Source: Oligoflexia bacterium
GTDB lineage: Bacteria > Bdellovibrionota > Bdellovibrionia > JABDDW01
Length of the DNA stretch: 64,000 bases
NCBI GenBank assembly: GCA_043732305.1
Contig: JAYTHU010000094.1
Span: 10,077 to 74,076, forward strand
Direction of reading: 5' to 3'
The translations under genes were made by a program, and so were the position numbers. Shown piece after piece: positions 1 through 9,235 of this stretch (position 1 is the first letter of the stretch; every line of letters starts with the position of its first letter). The notes under the pieces are model-generated. The model did not search any database. It had not been told where the DNA came from and worked only from the letters and a program-made list of their open reading frames with translations.

Positions 1-2037
1 GGTGTCTGATGTTGTTCCTGTTTTTCCAGCAGCGGGATGAATGAAGCCGGCGTCGCGTGCAGACTTTCCTGTTCCGCGATCAATCGCCCCTTCCATAAGA
101 CTGACGGTCTCGCGAGCCGCTACATCATCAACGGCTTGCAATGGTGATGGTTTAAATTCCCAAACAATTTTGCCTTGCTCGTTTTGAATTCGATACATAA
201 AGGTCAAGGGATTGAGTTCACCATGGCGAGCAAGCGTGGAGTAAACTTGCAAAACTTCAAGTGGTGAGAGGGTGGCGGCACCCAGCGCTAAACTTGGCAC
301 CGAGAGCATTGAACTTTCGATTCCCATTTGTGATCCCGCTTCAGCAATTTTTTTAATTCCCACTTGCATCGCCACTTTGCTGGTAGAAGCGTTCAAACTT
401 TTTTCAATCGCCAAATACAAAGGAATATTTCCAAAATATTTTAAATCGTAATTTTGTGGGGACCAAGATTGATTTTCATATTCCACTGTGAAGGGCTCGT
501 CCACTAACGGTGTCAAGGGAGTGAATGGTTTTCCATCGGCATTGCTATTTGAAAAAGCTGTCACAAAAACCACGGGTTTAAAAATACTTCCAACTTGGCG
601 TTTGCTGTTCACGGCGCGGTTCAGTTGAGTTTCACCAAAACTTCTGCCACCCACCACTGCTTCCACAAATCCATTGGTGGGGTCTGCAGAAATCAAAACG
701 CCTTGGAGTTTTTGTTTGTACTTCAATTCTTTTTTCTGAATGGCCGCAAAACTTTTTTCAATCGATAAAAGTCCACTGGTCACTGCTTGAGTGGCCGCTT
801 GTTGCGCGCGCAAATTCAACGTAGTAAAAATTCGTAGACCATCCATGTTGTCAAATTTAAGGTTAGAAAGTTGATATTTAACCGATTCAATAAAGAACGG
901 GGCCTGGTCGCGAAGCAATCGTTGTGGCTGAGTGGGCAGAGCTTCTTTCTCCGCAGTCGAGTACTCCTCTTGATTGATAAGATTCAGTTCTAGCATGCGA
1001 TGGAGAACTTGTTCGCGACGCTTGGTGGCTTTTTCCATGTGAGTGAATGGAGAATAAATCTGGGGACCACGAATACTCCCCGCGAGCATCGCTGATTCCG
1101 CCAATGTGAGTTCACTGGCTTGCTTGTTGAAAAAGAATTTTGCCGCGACGGCCACTCCATGGATTTCAAACGGTCCTGCTTGGCCCAAGTACACTTCATT
1201 CACATAAGTTTCTAGAATGTCGTCTTTAGAGAAACGTGATTCCAAAAGTAGCGCCATAATAATTTCAGTGATTTTTCTTTTGAAAGTTCTCTTCTGCGTG
1301 AGAAAATAATTTTTTACCAATTGCTGAGTGATGGTGCTTCCGCCTTCGCGCACTCCTCCATGCCAGAGATTTCTCAAAAAAGCGCGTCCCATTCCAGTCC
1401 AACTCACACCGGAGTGGGTGAGAAATTGACTGTCTTCAATGGCCATGACTGCATCAAGAAATGCCGTTGGAACATCAGAGAGTGTCACGATCTGACGCAA
1501 GACGGGTTGGCCGCCGTAGAATTGCGCAAAGAGTTCGGGTTCAAGTTCAATGACGGTTGCCGCTATTAACGGCGCCCCTTCATAGACTTGCACCACGGCA
1601 TCATCATTGTTCACTGACACCAATTGTTCAATTGGGTTTCCGCTGTTAGATGCGGAATTGATTTGGTCTTTGCGCGGATGAGACAGCCAATACCAGCAAG
1701 AACTTACCTCAGAAGGAAGATCGGAAATTTTAGCTTTGCACTTTTCAGCATTCAGTTTGGAATATTCTCCGGGTGCCAATTTCTTTTCTATAAGTACCGG
1801 TTTGTATTCAAGCCTAAATAAAGTTTGTTCAATGATTTTTGAGACTTGCGTTTGACCTTTGAGAATTCTTTCAGGGGCAGAGTAAAATTCTGTTGGCGCG
1901 ACCCATCTTTTTCCGTTGAGTCGATCTTGAATAGTAGTATCCAAAGATTTAACCCAAAAAACTGCCAACACCAAACCAATGAGACCGAAAGAAACGAGGC
2001 CAACCAACACTGAGATAAATCCATTTTTGTTTTTCAT
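1..2037 (-). CDS. mrcB: Class A penicillin-binding protein (PBP1B-like transglycosylase/transpeptidase), 3' end beyond window
   Basis: Not in the ORF track because it runs off the edge. Manual translation from ATG 2037 gives MKNKNGFISVLVGLVSFGLIGLVLAVFW (TM anchor), then AIEDSQF and GSTITQQLVKN transglycosylase motifs, and AAGKTGTTSD near position 1-40; the start, ~1000 and 1-60 segments were checked and share one frame. Confidence 0.9.
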   Translation of the reverse strand, partial: MKNKNGFISVLVGLVSFGLIGLVLAVFWVKSLDTTIQDRLNGKRWVAPTEFYSAPERILKGQTQVSKIIEQTLFRLEYKPVLIEKKLAPGEYSKLNAEKCKAKISDLPSEVSSCWYWLSHPRKDQINSASNSGNPIEQLVSVNNDDAVVQVYEGAPLIAATVIELEPELFAQFYGGQPVLRQIVTLSDVPTAFLDAVMAIEDSQFLTHSGVSWTGMGRAFLRNLWHGGVREGGSTITQQLVKNYFLTQKRTFKRKITEIIMALLLESRFSKDDILETYVNEVYLGQAGPFEIHGVAVAAKFFFNKQASELTLAESAMLAGSIRGPQIYSPFTHMEKATKRREQVLHRMLELNLINQEEYSTAEKEALPTQPQRLLRDQAPFFIESVKYQLSNLKFDNMDGLRIFTTLNLRAQQAATQAVTSGLLSIEKSFAAIQKKELKYKQKLQGVLISADPTNGFVEAVVGGRSFGETQLNRAVNSKRQVGSIFKPVVFVTAFSNSNADGKPFTPLTPLVDEPFTVEYENQSWSPQNYDLKYFGNIPLYLAIEKSLNASTSKVAMQVGIKKIAEAGSQMGIESSMLSVPSLALGAATLSPLEVLQVYSTLARHGELNPLTFMYRIQNEQGKIVWEFKPSPLQAVDDVAARETVSLMEGAIDRGTGKSARDAGFIHPAAGKTGTTSDT

Positions 2038-2095
2038 ATATCATGAGCCTAATTGTACATTGACAGAAAATCAAAATTAGATTCAGATGGGGGCC

Positions 2096-2374
2096 ATGAA
2101 AATCAATTCAAGCCAAATTGAAAGATTGGTGAGGGTAGTCATTGAGCGACTCAAAGACAAAGGCCTCATTCAATTCAAAATCCCCGAAAAACAAGTTTTT
2201 GATCGCGCCATACAGTTGGTTATGGACGATTTTAAAAAGGAAGACGACCTTCACGTCGAAGTGAACAAAATTCTCGACGATCTAGAAAAACAAAATCCTG
2301 GTGGTTTTGATCGTCGAAAGATGTTTTCAATGGTGAAGATCAAGCTCGCTAAGCAAAAGGGGATTGTCCTATGA
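2096..2374 (+). CDS. DUF507-family protein
   Basis: MKINSSQIERLV...FDRRKMFSMVKIKLAKQKGIVL resembles DUF507 C-termini; alternative start 2087. Confidence 0.7.
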   Translation: MKINSSQIERLVRVVIERLKDKGLIQFKIPEKQVFDRAIQLVMDDFKKEDDLHVEVNKILDDLEKQNPGGFDRRKMFSMVKIKLAKQKGIVL

Positions 2375-2643
2375 TTTTTTCCGAAGACAAGCAAACCCAT
2401 TTGGCCCACGTCATTGTTGATGGGATTTGGAACGCCGATATAGTGGAGTATAATGATGAGGATCAGGCGATTCGCGAAGCTAAAAAAGCTGTCGTTGAGT
2501 ATGTGAAGCAGGAAGTTTCCATAGATGAGGCTGTTTCTAAGAAAATAGCGACTTTGAAAAAAGGCGTTTTTGAAGGCTCTCGAGAATACGATCTTCTCTA
2601 TAAAAAGTACTATGAAGAAGAACAGAACAAGCATTCAAAATAA
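2371..2643 (+). CDS. DUF507-family protein (second paralogue)
   Basis: MIFSEDKQTHLAH...EGSREYDLLYKKYYEEE; ATGA overlap with the upstream gene. Confidence 0.7.
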   Translation: MIFSEDKQTHLAHVIVDGIWNADIVEYNDEDQAIREAKKAVVEYVKQEVSIDEAVSKKIATLKKGVFEGSREYDLLYKKYYEEEQNKHSK

Positions 2644-2751
2644 AAATACTTGTATGGTAACGTATTGTACCGTATCGTTGGTTCAAGCGTTCACATCAAA
2701 GAGAATACATCTAACAAATAAGACATCAATATGCCCAAGGAGAATCTCTAC

Positions 2752-4233
2752 GTGAACAAACTTGTGAACAAAACTATCGCGCTTAATTTCACCTTACTTA
2801 TATTTTTCATTTTAACTTTGGCCACAAACGCCGCGAGCGCCGCTGATCTTCAGTGGTCGGGTAGCTATCGCGCTGAAGGAAACTATTTAAAGAATTTCAC
2901 TTTCGACAATGGTGCCGGCAAAGAAGCCAGCTATATGACCAACCATTTGATTCTGTCTCCCAAAATTGTGGCCATGGACGGGCTGAATATCTATTCTCGC
3001 TTTGACCTCTTAAACAATGCCATTCAAAATAACTATTCTGGTCAGCCTTTAGGAACGTACACTGGGAACTTCACCAGCACCAGTGGACAATCATATCCAC
3101 CTGCAGTCACAACTAATAGCCAAGGCAGCAATCAGACTTTCAATGTCACCGAGTTGTATATGAATTGGGTGAATGAATTCGGAGCCTTGGTTTTTGGTCG
3201 GGTGCCATTCGGATTCGGGCTCGGCATGCGATACAGCAAGGGCGAGGGCATGTTTGATCACTACGTGACCACTAAAGATATGGTGGGTTATCGTCTTGCC
3301 ATCGGTAATTTTACTCTTATGCCAGCATACGGAAAAGTTAAAGAAGGCAATCTTCTTAATGAAGATGACATCAATGATTACATTGTGATGGCCGAATATA
3401 AAAATCCTGAATCTGATGTTGAATTTGGCGTTCTCTACGATCAGAGAATCGGCCCAGTAGATGCGAGTTCCCCCGTTAACGGCAACGATATTCCCGCCAC
3501 TTATTTTGATCCTACTGCAACCATTCAAGCTGGGTACAACGTCTACAACATGAATTTGTTTTTGAAAAAGAAAACCGAAAATTTCGATTTTGGCGTCGAA
3601 GGCGGATTTCAAAATGGTGATACAGGTGCGAGAACCTCTAGTGGGAAAATGGTTGATGTGGCTGGATTTGGTGTGGCCGCAGAGGCTACTTATCGTGCGG
3701 GCACTTTGACTTATAATTTACACGCAGGTATGGCAACTGGTGATAACCCCGATACCACTCGTTTTGAAGGATACTTTTTCAGCCCCAACTATAACTTGGC
3801 TATGATGATGTTTCATCATCCCATGGGACAGTATGATGCAATGAGATCTGCTCTTGCAGGATCTCGTCCTTGGCAATATTCATCCGACCCCGCAGTCCAA
3901 GCGCTTCAGGGTTTAGATACTGAAACAGTCAGTAATGCGATTTACCTTTCGCCTAAAGTCAGTTGGGCGATGGGCGAACGCTACGATGCGACAGCAACTT
4001 TCTGCTACGCGATCACACAACAAAATCCACTGTCTGCCGCACTTGGCACCGTGGGTAACTCTCTTGGTTTTGAAATGGATTATGGATTTAGATATCACAT
4101 GGGCGATAAATTCGTGTGGGAGACAACAGTTGGTCTCTGGTTCCCAGGTTCTGCCTGGGCCGGAAGTCCTTCAAGCAACTACGCGACCTCACTTGCTTAT
4201 GGTGCAACTTCGAAAGCCGCCATCAACTTCTGA
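2752..4233 (+). CDS. Outer-membrane beta-barrel protein (TIGR04551/alginate-export-like porin)
   Basis: Signal peptide ending ASA-ADL, alternating aromatic beta strands, GRVPFGFGLGM motif, C-terminal Phe (KAAINF); GTG 2752 follows AGGAG RBS (track start 2731). Confidence 0.7.
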   Translation: MNKLVNKTIALNFTLLIFFILTLATNAASAADLQWSGSYRAEGNYLKNFTFDNGAGKEASYMTNHLILSPKIVAMDGLNIYSRFDLLNNAIQNNYSGQPLGTYTGNFTSTSGQSYPPAVTTNSQGSNQTFNVTELYMNWVNEFGALVFGRVPFGFGLGMRYSKGEGMFDHYVTTKDMVGYRLAIGNFTLMPAYGKVKEGNLLNEDDINDYIVMAEYKNPESDVEFGVLYDQRIGPVDASSPVNGNDIPATYFDPTATIQAGYNVYNMNLFLKKKTENFDFGVEGGFQNGDTGARTSSGKMVDVAGFGVAAEATYRAGTLTYNLHAGMATGDNPDTTRFEGYFFSPNYNLAMMMFHHPMGQYDAMRSALAGSRPWQYSSDPAVQALQGLDTETVSNAIYLSPKVSWAMGERYDATATFCYAITQQNPLSAALGTVGNSLGFEMDYGFRYHMGDKFVWETTVGLWFPGSAWAGSPSSNYATSLAYGATSKAAINF

Positions 4234-4308
4234 TTCAACCACGGAAAACTTCTAAGTACGACATCTGAGATTGCAACTTAAGAACAGGCAAACGGCGGCG
4301 AGCAGGGC

Positions 4309-4334
4309 CCCCTGGGGAAACCCAGGGGTTTTTT
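4309..4334 (+). terminator. Rho-independent terminator
   Basis: CCCCTGGG-GAAA-CCCAGGGG followed by TTTTTT, downstream of the barrel gene. Confidence 0.9.
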
Positions 4335-4423
4335 GTTCGTGATTAAAACACCGCGCGGAAATCCCGGGCATTCATATCCTCGAAAAAAGACCTTCATCCA
4401 TAATTTTATGTGGCTTGAAGATT

Positions 4424-5341
4424 TTACGGAGAAATTAGGACTATAAATTCTTGTTCATACTTCTGAAAGCCGGGATCAAGCATGATGCGGAGAATGCTTG
4501 AAGAATAAAGTGGGGCTTCGGCTTCGGTTAGGTTTTTCCGAGGGATCAATCCAGAGAGAACAAATCCCTGGCCTGCGGGAATATTGATGCTCTCCGAAAA
4601 ATCTTGAGAAACCACTCTGATTTCTCCGTTGGTCCCGCTCTCAGGGATGCTACGTTTAATATTGATTTTATAATCCGCGTTGTTAACAGCGAAGTGACTC
4701 ATGAAGACATCAATTTGAATTCCAATGTTTTCCCGAGATTTTGGCTCTTGGGAGATCTGAGAAAAATGCGCTTGTTGTTGTTGGTCGAGAGCATGAGTTT
4801 CTGAGCTCAAACTCTGCAGTACCCTTGGAGGTTTAATAGCCGTAACAACAGATCCTGGAGAGCCCACTGAAAGTCCCAATTTTTCCATGGTCTCCTTTGG
4901 AGCAAGTGCAAACTCAACTGTGATTTGATTTGAAATTTCAGCATCCACTGCAGATGGCGCAGCCGTGGCATCCGGCGATGCACTTGCTTCTGAAACAGCC
5001 GCAGTAGGGACTGCGTCGCTTTTGTTAACTGGAGCTATGGCCGAATCATTTAAAGGAATTGGCTTCGAAGCCTCAGTGTTTTGTTTCGTAGCTTTGTTGA
5101 GTTCTTTATTGAAATCATCCAAAGCATCGCCAGTTTTCAGAGTATTGGTTTTGATTTTGTCGTAGGAGTCGGAAATTTTAATAGCAAGAAACCCCGCCAT
5201 ACTAATAAGTGCGAGACCAACAACAATTAACCCGAACTTAGATCTAGTTCGGGGAGCGGTAAAGGATTTCATGTTCACGCCGCAGCTGGCACAGAACACG
5301 TCTTCTGGTTGCTCGAATTCACATTTAGGGCATTTGACCAT
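4424..5341 (-). CDS. Zinc-ribbon membrane-anchored hypothetical protein
   Basis: N-terminal CPKC-x9-FCASCG, one TM helix, Ala/Pro/Ser linker, beta-rich C-terminal domain. Confidence 0.7.
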   Translation of the reverse strand: MVKCPKCEFEQPEDVFCASCGVNMKSFTAPRTRSKFGLIVVGLALISMAGFLAIKISDSYDKIKTNTLKTGDALDDFNKELNKATKQNTEASKPIPLNDSAIAPVNKSDAVPTAAVSEASASPDATAAPSAVDAEISNQITVEFALAPKETMEKLGLSVGSPGSVVTAIKPPRVLQSLSSETHALDQQQQAHFSQISQEPKSRENIGIQIDVFMSHFAVNNADYKINIKRSIPESGTNGEIRVVSQDFSESINIPAGQGFVLSGLIPRKNLTEAEAPLYSSSILRIMLDPGFQKYEQEFIVLISP

Positions 5342-5400
5342 ATAGAAAAGGATAACACATAAAAATTGGGCGCCAAAAGGAAGCTGTTGGAAAAAGTGTA

Positions 5401-5461
5401 TTGACGCAACGATCAGAAAACCTTAAAGTGGAGTCAAGTGGGGCAGAGTGGTAGAAAGTGG
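5401..5461 (+). promoter_or_regulatory. dcw promoter (sigma70) with four MraZ-binding GTGG repeats
   Basis: TTGACG(5401)-17 bp-TAAAGT(5424); GTGG at 5428, 5438, 5448, 5458 (10-bp period). Confidence 0.85.
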
Positions 5462-5550
5462 TAATTTACGACAGCATGCTCTCTGCTCCACTTCTAAGCC
5501 TAAGGATGGGCTTGGGCTTATTTGTATGCCCCCATTGAGGTAACCAGTTC

Positions 5551-6027
5551 ATGAAGAACACACAACCTTTCCGCGGTCGCTTTGAACTTAAAGTCGATCC
5601 AAAATTTAGATTGTCTCTACCTTCCGCTTTTCGCGAAATATTAGATTCCGTTTCTCGCGCAGGCTCCACGCCGAGTACGGTAATCACCAATAGTCAATAT
5701 CAGGGCAAAAAGTGTCTTGATGTTTATCCCTCCGCTGAATGGACTAAGTTGGAAAATCGAATCGCCAAATTGCCACAACTAAAATTGGAAGTTCAAAACT
5801 TTCAAAGATTTTATCTTTCAGGCGGTCACAATGTGGATCTTGATTCTCAGGGCCGCATACTGATCCCGTCCTCTTTAAGAGCATACGCTCAAATTCAAAC
5901 AGAAGTTGTGATTGTCGGATTTGCAGGCAAGTTCGAAATCTGGGCTGCAGAAATCTGGAATGGTCTATTTGAAACTCTCGCCGAAGACTTCACGCAAACA
6001 CTTGCTGCTGTGAGTTTACTGGAATGA
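5551..6027 (+). CDS. mraZ: Transcriptional regulator MraZ
   Basis: Two DxxxR motifs (VDPKFRL, LDSQGRILIP); first gene of dcw. Confidence 0.95.
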   Translation: MKNTQPFRGRFELKVDPKFRLSLPSAFREILDSVSRAGSTPSTVITNSQYQGKKCLDVYPSAEWTKLENRIAKLPQLKLEVQNFQRFYLSGGHNVDLDSQGRILIPSSLRAYAQIQTEVVIVGFAGKFEIWAAEIWNGLFETLAEDFTQTLAAVSLLE

Positions 6028-6941
6028 AACATCTTCCCGTTTTATTCGATGAAGTGATGCAGGCGTTTAAAGATCAGACAAAAGTTCCTGACAGAATTCT
6101 TGATGGAACGTTCGGGCGTGGTGGCCATACTGAGGGTTTACTACAAAGTTTCCCTAGTCTCCAGATAGCCGCGTTCGACAAAGATCCCGATGCGGTTAAA
6201 ATGGCCCTTGGAGATTTTACCGAAAAATTCAAAAAGCGGTTTCAAATTGTGCATGACGATTTTAAAAATCTTGCTGAACATGAGCTCGGATTTTTTGATG
6301 GCGCGCTCTTCGATCTCGGGATCAGCAGTCCTCAGATAGACGTTGCGGACCGTGGATTTAGTTTTATGAATGATGGCCCGCTTGATATGCGGATGAACAC
6401 GGCCGACCAATCTTTAAGCGCTAAAGAAATCATAAATGAATGGGAAGAAAAAGAGCTATCCGATCTTTTTTTCCATACGGGCGAAATCAAGAAACCAAAT
6501 CGAGTGGTGCGCGCCATCGTGAACGATAGAAAAACAAAACCTTTTGAGACCACTCGCCAACTGGCCTCTCTCATCGAGAGGGTAGACGGATACAAAAGCA
6601 AAGGTCATCATCCTGCAACAAACTATTTCCTAGCATTGCGCTTGGTTGTCAATGGGGAGTTGGAGGGGCTTGAGACATTTCTGAAAACGATTCCTCAACA
6701 CATGAGTCACGGTGCAAGAGTTTGTGTGATCAGCTTTCATAGCACTGAAGATCGCATTGTTAAAAACGCTTTTAAAGAATTAGCAGACAAGAAGTTTGGG
6801 TCCATCATAAATAAAAGAGTCATCGTCGGTTCTGACGCTGAAGTGAAGTCAAATCCTCGCTCAAGAAGTGCGAAATTACGAATATTTGAAATTGGAACCC
6901 TCATTGATAAATCAAGGAAGAATAAATATGCTCAGGAATAA
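6024..6941 (+). CDS. rsmH: 16S rRNA m4C1402 methyltransferase RsmH
   Basis: HLPVL, DGTFGRGGH, DLGISSPQ, RGFSF, SFHSTEDR, NPRSRSAKLR. Confidence 0.97.
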   Translation: MKHLPVLFDEVMQAFKDQTKVPDRILDGTFGRGGHTEGLLQSFPSLQIAAFDKDPDAVKMALGDFTEKFKKRFQIVHDDFKNLAEHELGFFDGALFDLGISSPQIDVADRGFSFMNDGPLDMRMNTADQSLSAKEIINEWEEKELSDLFFHTGEIKKPNRVVRAIVNDRKTKPFETTRQLASLIERVDGYKSKGHHPATNYFLALRLVVNGELEGLETFLKTIPQHMSHGARVCVISFHSTEDRIVKNAFKELADKKFGSIINKRVIVGSDAEVKSNPRSRSAKLRIFEIGTLIDKSRKNKYAQE

Positions 6942-7254
6942 ATCTCTGGAAAGTTTTCAAACATCAGCTCAAAGCTGGGCACCCTTTCTTTCAGTCCTTA
7001 TTTTAATTTTTACAGGACTCGCCTGTGTTTTTATAAAAATGGAAGTTGTTCAAGAAGGTTATCAGATTTTGAAAACGGGGAGAGCCGTCCGAGAATTGTC
7101 GGATGAAAAATCACGTTTGGAAATGCAATACGCCAAACTCACCCGGCCCTCACGTCTGGATAAAATTGGCACTGAAAGACTTGCGCTTGGGAAGATCCAA
7201 AAGAATCAAGTTATCATGATGGCCGGTCATGGTGAGATTGCCGTTCGCCAATGA
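6928..7254 (+). CDS. ftsL: Cell division protein FtsL-like
   Basis: Single TM plus coiled coil between rsmH and ftsI; ATG 6928 follows AGGAAG. Confidence 0.75.
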   Translation: MLRNKSLESFQTSAQSWAPFLSVLILIFTGLACVFIKMEVVQEGYQILKTGRAVRELSDEKSRLEMQYAKLTRPSRLDKIGTERLALGKIQKNQVIMMAGHGEIAVRQ

Positions 7255-9218
7255 AAATTCGAGTCATTTTACTTTTCGTCTTTTTCATCATGCTTTTTTC
7301 GGCAGTGCTTGGTCGAGTTTTTTATCTTCAGGCATTGCCCCAGAGTAATTTGGCTAAACTAGAAAAAAGTCAGTACCAAGCAAGAATTTCTCTTTTACCG
7401 CAACGTGGAAAAATATTAGATCGCGCCGGTGAAGAACTCGCCACTAGCACTTCTACTTCGTCCCTCTACGCCGATCCTGGAGTCTTGCAAGCAGATCACG
7501 GGAAAAAGGCATTGAAAAAAATCGCTAAAAAACTTTCGGGTTTGGTGAATCTTCCCACTCAAGTTATTTATGAGAAATTAATGACTAGTGGAAAACGTTT
7601 CATTTGGCTCAAGCGGCAGCTTGAGCCTGAAGTTGTGGCACAAGTAAAAGCTCTCGGGGAAACGGGCCTCGCTTTTATTGATGAAGGTAAAAGAATCTAT
7701 CCAAATTTGAATATGGCTCCACAAGTCTTGGGAATAGTCGGCATTGATGGAAGTGGTCTTGAAGGATTAGAGAAAAAATATGACGCCGAACTCAGAGGAG
7801 AAAAAGTTTCTATCTTGTCCAAGAAAGATGCTCACGGAAGACCACTCATTGTCAGTGGCCAAATTTTTGAAACATCTAATGATGGAGCCACAGTAGAAAC
7901 AACCCTCGATAAAGACCTTCAGTATCAGTTGGAAAAAGAATTAGACGCCGTCTCTGAAAAGGAGCAAGCGGAATCCGCCATGGGAATTATCATGGATCCT
8001 AACACGGGTGAAATTTTGGCGATGGCCAATGCGCCGAGATTTGATCCTACGGAACGTTTGACCCATCCTGAAAACATGCGCAACCGAGTGGTCACTGATG
8101 TTTTTGAACCTGGGTCGACTTTCAAAGTAATCACTGCTGCAGCTGCATTAAGAACTGGCCGAATCCATCCCAACACTAAATATTTTTGTGAACATGGCAA
8201 AATGCAAATTGGAAAGCATTGGATTCACGAGGCTGAAACAAACCATAAGTTCGAATGGCTAAGCCTTGCTGAAATTATTGAAGTGTCGTCAAACATCGGC
8301 AGCACTAAAGTTGCGTTTGATGTGGGAGAGAGTTCGTTTAAATCTATGATCGGCGACTTTGGTTTCGGAAAGCCTACTGGAATCGATTTTCAAGGTGAAG
8401 CTTCTGGGATCATCACTCGAGATAAGTGGAGTGAACATTTACTCAGTAACGTTTCCTTCGGACACGGAATCGGTGTCACCGCGCTGCAAATGGCAACGGC
8501 ATATTCCACAATTGCTAATGGTGGAAAATTACTTAAACCATATTTAGTGAAGCGAGTGGTAGACAGTCAGGGGCATATTATCCAAGAAACCGCCCAACAA
8601 GTGGGTAAACCTGTTCTCACTCCGAGAGAAGCCTCCACTCTGACGCTCATGCTTTCCGGTGTGACTCAAGAGGGTGGCACCGGTACACTCGCCCGTGTCG
8701 ACGGATATCCTGTGGCAGGAAAAACCGGAACCGCCCAGAAGGTCAATCCCAATGGCGGTGGTTATATAAAAGGCGGATACATTTCTAGCTTCGCGGGATT
8801 TGTTCCTGCTAATCAGCCACAATTTGTAATTTACATCGTTGTCGATAGTCCAAAGAAAAATTTCTACGGAGCTCAAGTGGCAGCTCCCTTGTTTCATAAG
8901 ATTGCTTCTTTCGCACTTCGAAAACGCGGTTTCCTGCCTATCATCTTGTCTAATAATTCTGAGTTAGATTCTAAGAAAGTCTCCGCAGCTGCGTTAGCTA
9001 AAGCAGAAGCCAAATCTTTTTCTAGCAGCGAAAACATCCCGGACTTCAAAGGATTGACCGTAAGAGAAGTCAGTCGTCGGATTGAAAAAGACACAAGGTT
9101 AAGTAAAACTCACTGGGAAGTTTTTGGATCCGGCGTGGCATTTAACCAATCTCCTCTGCCTGGAAGCCCTATTAAAGACAATGAACACATAAGAATCTAT
9201 TTGCAGCCAGTCCATTAG
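7251..9218 (+). CDS. ftsI: Class B PBP FtsI (PBP3) with C-terminal PASTA-like domain
   Basis: RGKILDR, EPGSTFK (SxxK), SSN, KTGT motifs; IPDFKGLT...QSPLPG PASTA-like tail. Confidence 0.93.
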   Translation: MKIRVILLFVFFIMLFSAVLGRVFYLQALPQSNLAKLEKSQYQARISLLPQRGKILDRAGEELATSTSTSSLYADPGVLQADHGKKALKKIAKKLSGLVNLPTQVIYEKLMTSGKRFIWLKRQLEPEVVAQVKALGETGLAFIDEGKRIYPNLNMAPQVLGIVGIDGSGLEGLEKKYDAELRGEKVSILSKKDAHGRPLIVSGQIFETSNDGATVETTLDKDLQYQLEKELDAVSEKEQAESAMGIIMDPNTGEILAMANAPRFDPTERLTHPENMRNRVVTDVFEPGSTFKVITAAAALRTGRIHPNTKYFCEHGKMQIGKHWIHEAETNHKFEWLSLAEIIEVSSNIGSTKVAFDVGESSFKSMIGDFGFGKPTGIDFQGEASGIITRDKWSEHLLSNVSFGHGIGVTALQMATAYSTIANGGKLLKPYLVKRVVDSQGHIIQETAQQVGKPVLTPREASTLTLMLSGVTQEGGTGTLARVDGYPVAGKTGTAQKVNPNGGGYIKGGYISSFAGFVPANQPQFVIYIVVDSPKKNFYGAQVAAPLFHKIASFALRKRGFLPIILSNNSELDSKKVSAAALAKAEAKSFSSSENIPDFKGLTVREVSRRIEKDTRLSKTHWEVFGSGVAFNQSPLPGSPIKDNEHIRIYLQPVH

Positions 9219-9235
9219 AGAAATATTCTGAAACG

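Noticed and set aside
990..2024. Short track ORFs (990-1199, 1321-1569, 1624-1821, 1788-2024) suggesting a fragmented region
   Set aside because: All are shadows of the PBP1B frame (2037 to <1), which the track omits because it has no stop in the window
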